Source of the DNA: an uncultured Collinsella sp.
GTDB taxonomy: Bacteria; Actinomycetota; Coriobacteriia; Coriobacteriales; Coriobacteriaceae
Assembly (NCBI GenBank): GCA_938033205.1
Contig: CALHJP010000001.1
Coordinates: 73,978-137,977 of the forward strand
Length of the DNA stretch: 64,000 nt
Direction: 5' to 3'
How positions within the stretch are numbered: position 1 is the stretch's first letter; every line of letters starts with the position of its first letter. Positions 50,683 to 58,444 of this stretch are shown piece by piece. The position numbers and the translations under genes were made by a program. The notes beneath the pieces were generated by a model. It saw nothing but the letters and a program-made list of their open reading frames with translations. It searched no databases and had not been told where the DNA came from.

Positions 50683-50748
50683 GTTGCGCGGTTCGTAGAA
50701 CCGCGCAACATAAGAGCGCCCCCTCCCGCGCACGGAACGGGAGGGGGC
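50683..50748 (-). terminator. Two tandem perfect hairpins 3' of arcD
   Basis: GTTGCGCGGTTC-GTA-GAACCGCGCAAC (12-bp stem) and GCCCCCTCCCG-CGCACGGAA-CGGGAGGGGGC (11-bp stem); on the minus strand the second is followed by GCUCUUAUGUU. Confidence 0.55.
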
Positions 50749-50850
50749 TAAAGGTAGGAGTCTACCGGTGGGTTGACCCCACCGGACAGACGATGACCAG
50801 ATGATCCTCTACAGGATCGTCAAGGTTTCCGTGGGGTACCCGTTGGGTAC

Positions 50851-52329
50851 TTAGAGCATCACGCAAGCGACGGTCAGGATGATGGCGCAGACGACGGAGA
50901 GAGCGACGATAAGCTTAAGGGCAAACTTGAGCCAGGTCGTCCACTCGATCTTGGCCAGGGCAAGACCGCCCATGATGGCGCCAGAGGTCGGGGTGAACAG
51001 GTTCACGACGCCGATGGCGGCGGAGAAGATCATAACCATGACCTCGGGCGAGAAGCCGAGCTTAACAGCCAGCGGTCCCATGATGGGCATGGAGACAGTA
51101 GCCATACCGGAGGTCGAGGGGATCAGGAAGGACAGGCCGAAGTAGACCAGGAAGCTCATGGGAGCGAAGATCACGCCGGACAGGCCAGCCAGAGCATTGG
51201 CGGCAGCGTCGAGGACGTAGACGTCGAGGCCGGTGCTAGCCATGAGGACGGAAATACCACGGGCGAGGGCGATAACGAGGACAACGGACATCATGTCGGC
51301 AGCGCCGGTGATGAAGGTGTTGACGATCTGCTTCTCGGAGAGGCCACCGATGATACCGATCAGGATAGCCATGAGGAAGAACCAGGTGGAAGCCTCGTCG
51401 AAGTACCACTGGCCAATGGGCAGGCCGGTGATCAGGGCAGACCAGCCCTGGACGACGGCGTTACCGTCGGCGTCATAGACAGCGCCAGCATCGAAGAAGT
51501 TGGCGACGCCCTCGTTGAGGTCGGCCAGCGGGATGAAGCCGACGATCATGACGACGAAGGTGAAGGCAAAGGCGATCAGAACACCCTTCTGACGACCGGT
51601 GAGCTTGACCTCCTTGTGAACCTCGGAAGCAGCCTTGCCGTGAGCCTCTTCGGCGTCCTTGAGCTCCTGCATCGAAAGGATGGTGGAACCCTTGTCAGCC
51701 TTGACCTTCTTGGCATAGCTCATGACGAAGAAGATGGACATGGCAGTGGTAACAATCCACAGGACGGCACCGAGGCCGATGATGATGGACTGGTTGACCT
51801 CAATGCCAACGCCGGTCAGAGCGTCGACGGCAGCGCCGACGGCGAACGGGTTAACCGTGGAGCCCAGGCAGCCGCAGCCAGCGCCGAGCAGGACGGTGGC
51901 AGCACCGACCATAGGGTCGAAGCCAGCGGCCATCATGGTAGCGGCAAGCAGGGCGTAGAAGGGAACGGTTTCCTCGCACATACCATAGGTGGTACCACCG
52001 AGGGAGAAGATGAGCATCAGCACGGGAATGAGCATGATCTCATTGCCCTTAAGCTTCTGCACCAGAACGGCAATGCCGTTGTCCAGAGCGCCGGTCTCGG
52101 TCATCATGCCGAGGAAGCCGCCGAGGATCATAACGAAGAGGCAGACGGGCAGAGCGTCAGCGAAGCCCTTGACCGGGGCGGTGCAGAAATCGCTCAGGCG
52201 GGCAGCGGTAACCGCGCCACCGGACGTACCGGAGACGATAACGGTAACAACCGCGACAATTGCCAGCAGAGCAAGAAGAATGGTGAACGATGAAGGCATA
52301 CCGCGCTTTTTCTTAGCGGTCTCAGTCAT
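50851..52329 (-). CDS. arcD: Putative arginine/ornithine antiporter, YfcC/DcuC-type (ArcD-like)
   Basis: A membrane protein of about 490 aa with about 12 TM segments, in the C4-dicarboxylate anaerobic carrier/YfcC superfamily; co-operonic with arcA and arcB. Confidence 0.7.
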   Translation of the reverse strand: MTETAKKKRGMPSSFTILLALLAIVAVVTVIVSGTSGGAVTAARLSDFCTAPVKGFADALPVCLFVMILGGFLGMMTETGALDNGIAVLVQKLKGNEIMLIPVLMLIFSLGGTTYGMCEETVPFYALLAATMMAAGFDPMVGAATVLLGAGCGCLGSTVNPFAVGAAVDALTGVGIEVNQSIIIGLGAVLWIVTTAMSIFFVMSYAKKVKADKGSTILSMQELKDAEEAHGKAASEVHKEVKLTGRQKGVLIAFAFTFVVMIVGFIPLADLNEGVANFFDAGAVYDADGNAVVQGWSALITGLPIGQWYFDEASTWFFLMAILIGIIGGLSEKQIVNTFITGAADMMSVVLVIALARGISVLMASTGLDVYVLDAAANALAGLSGVIFAPMSFLVYFGLSFLIPSTSGMATVSMPIMGPLAVKLGFSPEVMVMIFSAAIGVVNLFTPTSGAIMGGLALAKIEWTTWLKFALKLIVALSVVCAIILTVACVML

Positions 52330-52476
52330 AGTTCTCATCCCCCCTTCATAAATCATTTACTGATCTCGCCCGAAGCGGCTCTTCCGTGCCGTGCATGTCG
52401 CTCAGTGCGAGATTTTTACCAGACAAAAGCGCTCGGGGTGCGCAGCAATGCACCCCGAGCGAGATGCTAGAAGCTC

Positions 52477-53472
52477 TTACTTGAGCGTAGCGTACATGAC
52501 AGCCTTGATGGTGTGCATGCGGTTCTCGGCCTCGTCGAAGACCTTGGAAGCGGGGCTCTCGAAGACCTCGTCGGTGACCTCCTGCTCGGTGATGCCGAAC
52601 TGCTCGCACTTCTCTGCGCCAATCGTGGTGTTGGTGTCGTGGAAGCTGGGCAGGCAGTGCAGGAAGATGGCGCCCGGGTTGGCCATAGCCATGACCTCGG
52701 AGGTAACACGATACGGGGTGAGCTGAGCGATGCGCTCGGCCCAGACCTCGTCGGGCTCGCCCATGGAGACCCACACGTCGGTGTAGATGACGTCGGCACC
52801 GGTGACGCCGTCCTTGACGTCGGTGGTCAGCTTGATGGTGCAGCCGTTGGCCTCGGCGATGGGCTTGCAGGCCTCGATGACGTCGTCAGCGGGCATGCAC
52901 TCCTCGGGGCCGCAGGCCACGAAGTTCATGCCGAGCTTGGAGCAGACAACCATGAGGGAGCGAGCGACGTTGTTCTTGCAGTCGCCCATGAAGACGAGGG
53001 TCTTGCCCTTGATGTCGTAGTTGAAGTTCTCCTGGACGGTCAGGATGTCGGCGAGCATCTGGGTGGGGTGCCACTCGGTGGTCAGGCCGTTCCAGACAGG
53101 AACGCCAGCCTTAGCGGAGAGCTCCTCAACGTCGTCCTGAGCGAAACCACGGAACTCGATGCCGTCATACATGCGGCCGAGAACGCGAGCGGTGTCCTCG
53201 ATGGACTCCTTCTTGCCCATCTGCGAAGAGCCCGGATCGAGGTAGGTGACGCCCATGCCCAGATCCATGCCGCCGACCTCGAAGGCGCAGCGGGTACGAG
53301 TGGAGGTCTTCTGGAAGAGCAGGACGATGTTCTTGCCCTCGAGATAACGGTGCGGAACGCCAGCGCGCTTCATGTCCTTGAAGTTCTTGGAGAGCTTGAG
53401 CAGGTACTCGATCTCCTCGGTGGTGAGGTCGAGGAGCTTGAGGAAGCTACGGCCGGAGAGGTTAACACCCAT
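52477..53472 (-). CDS. arcB: Ornithine carbamoyltransferase (catabolic context)
   Basis: STRTR carbamoyl-phosphate motif (FQKTSTRTRCAFE), HPTQ, HCLP motifs. Confidence 0.9.
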   Translation of the reverse strand: MGVNLSGRSFLKLLDLTTEEIEYLLKLSKNFKDMKRAGVPHRYLEGKNIVLLFQKTSTRTRCAFEVGGMDLGMGVTYLDPGSSQMGKKESIEDTARVLGRMYDGIEFRGFAQDDVEELSAKAGVPVWNGLTTEWHPTQMLADILTVQENFNYDIKGKTLVFMGDCKNNVARSLMVVCSKLGMNFVACGPEECMPADDVIEACKPIAEANGCTIKLTTDVKDGVTGADVIYTDVWVSMGEPDEVWAERIAQLTPYRVTSEVMAMANPGAIFLHCLPSFHDTNTTIGAEKCEQFGITEQEVTDEVFESPASKVFDEAENRMHTIKAVMYATLK

Positions 53473-53576
53473 GGTTCGTTTCCTTTCGAAGAAATGAATT
53501 ACGTAAGTATTAGTGTTGCCCGTTTAACGGGCGAAGCCGGTGCGGTTGTAGGGGGACCGCACCGGAAACGGAAAGA

Positions 53577-54843
53577 CTTAGAGGTCCTCGCGCCAGAAGG
53601 GCATGCTCATGCAGCGCGGGCCGCCGCGGCCGCGGGAGAGCTCGGCGGAGGGCACGACGAGAAGGTCCAGGCCCTCCTTGTACAGCACGTCGTTGGTGAC
53701 GGTGTTGCGGGCGTAGACGCAGATCTTGCCGGGCTCGACGCACAGGGTGTTGGAGCCGTCGTTCCACTGCTCGCGGGAGGCCGCGATCGGGTCGCCGCCG
53801 CCGCAGGGGATCAGCTTGACCTGGTCGACGCCGGTGGCGTCCTCCAGGACGTGCTCGAGGGTGTCCTCGATCAGGCGGATGTTCACGTCGCCCGGGTTCT
53901 TGCCGGCGGTCAGCTCGTAGACGCGCAGGGTGCCCATGATGGCGGGGTGGATCGTGAACTTATCGACGTCGATCTGGGTGAAGACCGTGTCGAGGTGCAT
54001 GAAGGCGCGCGAGACCGGGATGTCGAAGGCCAGGATGCGCTCGACCTTGGAGTCGGAGTTCCAGAAGATGTTCTGGGCCATGATGTCGATCGCGGCGGCC
54101 TGGGTGCGCTGGGAGATGCCGACGGCGAGGGTCTTCTCGTTGATGTTCAGCACGTCGCCGCCCTCGGTGTGGAACTGGCAGTCGCGGCGGAAGTACAGGG
54201 AGACGTCCTTGTAGTCGGGGTGGTACTTGAAGACGTACTTGCCGTACAGGGTCTCGCGGTTGCGGGTGACCGAGTACATGCGGTTGAGGTTGACGCCCTC
54301 GCCGACGACCGCGAACGGGTCGCGGGTGAAGTAGAGGTTGGGCATCGGGTCGATGATCAGGTCGGACTCGGACTCGGAGTTGACCAGGGAGTCGAGGGTC
54401 GTGGACGCCGTGAGAGGCATGTCGATCTCGGCCTTGGTCATGCCGGCCATGGTCTTCTTGACGAACTCGAGGTTGTCCTCGATGGAGTCCAGCTTCTCGC
54501 GGACGATCTGCGGCATGTGCTGGCCGCGGATGCCCGCCTCGGCGATGTACTGGTCGGTGAACTCGGCGCGGGCGCCGGGGACCTGGTCGAACACCTCGGC
54601 GACGAGGTTCTCGAGGTAGAGCACCTCGACGCCCTGGTCCCTCAGGATCTGGGCGAAGGTGTCGTGCTCCTGCTGCGCGACCTCAAGGAACGGGACGTCG
54701 TCGAACAGGAGTCGCTCGAGCTCGTCGGGCGGCAGGTTGAGGAGCTCGTCGCCGGGACGGTGCAGGCAGACCTTCCTGAGCTTGCCGATCTCGGAAGGCA
54801 CGTGCAGACCTTTCGTCATGGCCTCCTACCTTTCTTTCGGGCC
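53577..54843 (-). repeat. 1267-bp block identical to 56653..57919 (arcA CDS plus stop plus about 24 nt of 5' leader)
   Basis: All six-frame ORFs that fall inside the two blocks translate identically in two overlapping frames; the flanks diverge exactly at 53576/56652 and 54844/57920. Confidence 0.8.
53578..54819 (-). CDS. arcA: Arginine deiminase (copy 1)
   Basis: MTKGLHVPSEIGKLRKVCLHRPGDEL...; catalytic Cys region ...KLIPCGGGD... Confidence 0.95.
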   Translation of the reverse strand: MTKGLHVPSEIGKLRKVCLHRPGDELLNLPPDELERLLFDDVPFLEVAQQEHDTFAQILRDQGVEVLYLENLVAEVFDQVPGARAEFTDQYIAEAGIRGQHMPQIVREKLDSIEDNLEFVKKTMAGMTKAEIDMPLTASTTLDSLVNSESESDLIIDPMPNLYFTRDPFAVVGEGVNLNRMYSVTRNRETLYGKYVFKYHPDYKDVSLYFRRDCQFHTEGGDVLNINEKTLAVGISQRTQAAAIDIMAQNIFWNSDSKVERILAFDIPVSRAFMHLDTVFTQIDVDKFTIHPAIMGTLRVYELTAGKNPGDVNIRLIEDTLEHVLEDATGVDQVKLIPCGGGDPIAASREQWNDGSNTLCVEPGKICVYARNTVTNDVLYKEGLDLLVVPSAELSRGRGGPRCMSMPFWREDL

Positions 54844-55393
54844 CCTGTCAGGGCCGATTCGTTAGCGCCCCTCCGTGTGAGGCGTTATTGCTGACGACAT
54901 ATTTATATCCAAAATCAGTCCATACTTCCACCTCGCCCCCGAACGGTTTTATATGAGGGGTGAACGGCATACACATATACTTCACGCATGGCACACTTTG
55001 ATATAATAAAGTGTATTTACGTGCTAAAACGCGTTTTCAGTCCAAATAGCAAATGGAACTTAACTTTATTAAACCACCCTCAAATTGCATATTTCTAATA
55101 AAGCTATGAATAGAACCAGCGATTCATGCCGCGTCTCAACCATTTTCATTTTTATTCAGAAAAAAGTTTGTCCTATTCATTTCTGGTAAACAAATTACCG
55201 TTTACCAGACGCTTGATACCGTTCACCGGAAGCTCAGTATAAGGCCCAGCGGATACCGGCTCGCTTTACGGCCCCATTTGTAACAACTTGACTTCTCGGT
55301 ATAGAAAAACGAACCCGCTTCCCCTAGGGAAACGGGTCCGTTTTCGATTATCTTCGGCCAATTTAGATAAGGCCCTCGAAAATCGTCGGAATC

Positions 55394-56518
55394 CTAGCGA
55401 TCGAACTCCGCCAGTGCCTCGCCCAAAAGCCTCAGGCCCTCGCGAAGAACGTCTTCGCTCGCGCAGTAGCCCAGGCGTGCGCCGCAGGGAAGCTCAAAGC
55501 GGCTACCGGGAACCAGCAGCACTCCCCTCTCGGCCAACAGGCGCTTGCAGAACTCCTCGTCGTCCTCGGGAATATCCAGCTGGATAAACGAGGTGGACAC
55601 GCCCTGCGGGGCCGTCCAGGAAACGCGATGCTGCGTATCGATCCAAGCCTGCGCGATATCGCGGTTGCCAAACACGATCTTGCGATTGCGCTCGAGAATC
55701 TTGTCCTTGTGCTCGAGCACGTAGGTCGCCAGGGCGTCGTTGAACACGCCGCCGCAGATCATGGTGTAATCGCGATAGGTACGGATGCGGTTGGAGACCT
55801 CTTCGTCGGCCACGACCCAGCCCACGCGAGCCGCAGGCGTCGAATAGGTCTTGGACACCGAGTTGGTGACGATGGCCCTCTCGTACACGTCGACCATCGA
55901 CATAAAGGACTCAGTGTTTTCGAGCGGCAGATACACCTCGTCGCACAGCACGTAGGCGCCCACCGAACGGGCGATCTCGGCAATCTGGCCGAGCGTATCG
56001 GCATCGAGCACCGTTCCGATGGGGTTCGATGCGTTGTTAATGCAGATGAGCTTGGTGGTGGACCGAACCAGGCGCTTGAGCTGCTCGATATCGGGTTTCC
56101 ATCCGAGCTCCTCGCGAAGCTCCCAATACTCAACCTCGGCGCCGAGCGCACGCGGGATCTCATAGAGCGGCGCATAGGTAGGCCACTCGGCAATCACATG
56201 ATCGCCGGGCTCGACAACGGCCATGATGGCGTTGAGGTTGGCACCCGTGCAGCCATTGGTCTGCAAAATGTGATCGGGATTGACCTCGCGACGATACAGC
56301 TTGGCGACTTCGGCCTTAAACTCCGGCGAACCCTCGATCCAGCCGTAATTCATCTTCTCGCGATCCAGGCGCTCGTAGAACGTAGCACCGTCCTGCTCGT
56401 CAAGTGCGCGAAGCTCACCCATGGTCAGCGACGAGATCGTCGACTGAGCGATATCCCAGGTAGCACTCTTCTCCCAAACGTTGAGCCAATCCTCAACGCC
56501 AATTGTCTTGATATCCAT
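55394..56518 (-). CDS. PLP-dependent aminotransferase, class I/II fold
   Basis: ...NNASNPIGTV..., ...TNSVSKTYSTPAARVGW... (Lys in SxSK motif); start at MDIKTIGVED confirmed at 56518. Confidence 0.8.
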   Translation of the reverse strand: MDIKTIGVEDWLNVWEKSATWDIAQSTISSLTMGELRALDEQDGATFYERLDREKMNYGWIEGSPEFKAEVAKLYRREVNPDHILQTNGCTGANLNAIMAVVEPGDHVIAEWPTYAPLYEIPRALGAEVEYWELREELGWKPDIEQLKRLVRSTTKLICINNASNPIGTVLDADTLGQIAEIARSVGAYVLCDEVYLPLENTESFMSMVDVYERAIVTNSVSKTYSTPAARVGWVVADEEVSNRIRTYRDYTMICGGVFNDALATYVLEHKDKILERNRKIVFGNRDIAQAWIDTQHRVSWTAPQGVSTSFIQLDIPEDDEEFCKRLLAERGVLLVPGSRFELPCGARLGYCASEDVLREGLRLLGEALAEFDR

Positions 56519-56653
56519 GGCCACCTTATCTGATCTTAATTTAGCGTCAATAAACATGAATGGGACGGTGCGAAAGAACCGCACCGTCCCATTGGGAGAC
56601 ATCTAATGTCAGCTAGATGTTTGTAGTAAGACCTGTACGGGTCTTTGAAAACC

Positions 56654-57895
56654 TTAGAGGTCCTCGCGCCAGAAGGGCATGCTCATGCAGCGCGGGCCGC
56701 CGCGGCCGCGGGAGAGCTCGGCGGAGGGCACGACGAGAAGGTCCAGGCCCTCCTTGTACAGCACGTCGTTGGTGACGGTGTTGCGGGCGTAGACGCAGAT
56801 CTTGCCGGGCTCGACGCACAGGGTGTTGGAGCCGTCGTTCCACTGCTCGCGGGAGGCCGCGATCGGGTCGCCGCCGCCGCAGGGGATCAGCTTGACCTGG
56901 TCGACGCCGGTGGCGTCCTCCAGGACGTGCTCGAGGGTGTCCTCGATCAGGCGGATGTTCACGTCGCCCGGGTTCTTGCCGGCGGTCAGCTCGTAGACGC
57001 GCAGGGTGCCCATGATGGCGGGGTGGATCGTGAACTTATCGACGTCGATCTGGGTGAAGACCGTGTCGAGGTGCATGAAGGCGCGCGAGACCGGGATGTC
57101 GAAGGCCAGGATGCGCTCGACCTTGGAGTCGGAGTTCCAGAAGATGTTCTGGGCCATGATGTCGATCGCGGCGGCCTGGGTGCGCTGGGAGATGCCGACG
57201 GCGAGGGTCTTCTCGTTGATGTTCAGCACGTCGCCGCCCTCGGTGTGGAACTGGCAGTCGCGGCGGAAGTACAGGGAGACGTCCTTGTAGTCGGGGTGGT
57301 ACTTGAAGACGTACTTGCCGTACAGGGTCTCGCGGTTGCGGGTGACCGAGTACATGCGGTTGAGGTTGACGCCCTCGCCGACGACCGCGAACGGGTCGCG
57401 GGTGAAGTAGAGGTTGGGCATCGGGTCGATGATCAGGTCGGACTCGGACTCGGAGTTGACCAGGGAGTCGAGGGTCGTGGACGCCGTGAGAGGCATGTCG
57501 ATCTCGGCCTTGGTCATGCCGGCCATGGTCTTCTTGACGAACTCGAGGTTGTCCTCGATGGAGTCCAGCTTCTCGCGGACGATCTGCGGCATGTGCTGGC
57601 CGCGGATGCCCGCCTCGGCGATGTACTGGTCGGTGAACTCGGCGCGGGCGCCGGGGACCTGGTCGAACACCTCGGCGACGAGGTTCTCGAGGTAGAGCAC
57701 CTCGACGCCCTGGTCCCTCAGGATCTGGGCGAAGGTGTCGTGCTCCTGCTGCGCGACCTCAAGGAACGGGACGTCGTCGAACAGGAGTCGCTCGAGCTCG
57801 TCGGGCGGCAGGTTGAGGAGCTCGTCGCCGGGACGGTGCAGGCAGACCTTCCTGAGCTTGCCGATCTCGGAAGGCACGTGCAGACCTTTCGTCAT
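56654..57895 (-). CDS. arcA: Arginine deiminase (copy 2, identical protein)
   Basis: 413-aa product identical to the 53578..54819 product. Confidence 0.95.
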   Translation of the reverse strand: MTKGLHVPSEIGKLRKVCLHRPGDELLNLPPDELERLLFDDVPFLEVAQQEHDTFAQILRDQGVEVLYLENLVAEVFDQVPGARAEFTDQYIAEAGIRGQHMPQIVREKLDSIEDNLEFVKKTMAGMTKAEIDMPLTASTTLDSLVNSESESDLIIDPMPNLYFTRDPFAVVGEGVNLNRMYSVTRNRETLYGKYVFKYHPDYKDVSLYFRRDCQFHTEGGDVLNINEKTLAVGISQRTQAAAIDIMAQNIFWNSDSKVERILAFDIPVSRAFMHLDTVFTQIDVDKFTIHPAIMGTLRVYELTAGKNPGDVNIRLIEDTLEHVLEDATGVDQVKLIPCGGGDPIAASREQWNDGSNTLCVEPGKICVYARNTVTNDVLYKEGLDLLVVPSAELSRGRGGPRCMSMPFWREDL

Positions 57896-58444
57896 GGCCT
57901 CCTACCTTTCTTTCGGGCCTTTCGGCCGAATCTATCAGCACCCTTCCGTAACGGGCGCTGCTTGCTGACAGCTCTAGTTATATCCAAATTCCACCCGCAA
58001 TTCCACCTCACCCCCGAACGGTCAACAAAGTGCGATGAACGGTATATCGCATGTGATTCCCCCATGATGCACTTCGGCGCTCTAAAGTACCTTTTCAAAG
58101 GTAAACGCTCTTTTTCCTATAAATTATCCCCATCGCATCTATAAATCCATGATTCAGAATTGCATAGGTAAAACGGTTTTATGTATATAAATGAAGCTAG
58201 CCCACGTTTTGGACCGAATTCAATGATATTCAGCTTGCCATCATTCTTATTCACGCATCTTTATCAGTTGAGTGAGAATATTGAACGCTAGCAATAGCGT
58301 CGCGAGCGTTCGTTCTATGGCCGGGCATCGTAAGAAATAGGTAAAGATACCGTTCACGCGATACGTCCGTGCCAGCGGTCAACTAAATTGAGACAATAGA
58401 GAATAGAGTTAGGCTATCGTCCCCTGCGGGGACTGAACGGACAG

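Noticed and set aside
52513-54894. 793-aa plus-strand ORF spanning arcB and arcA, with its duplicate at 56645-58144
   Set aside because: Antisense to two well-supported genes, with an extremely G/V/D/L-rich translation. Its duplication simply reflects the arcA DNA repeat.
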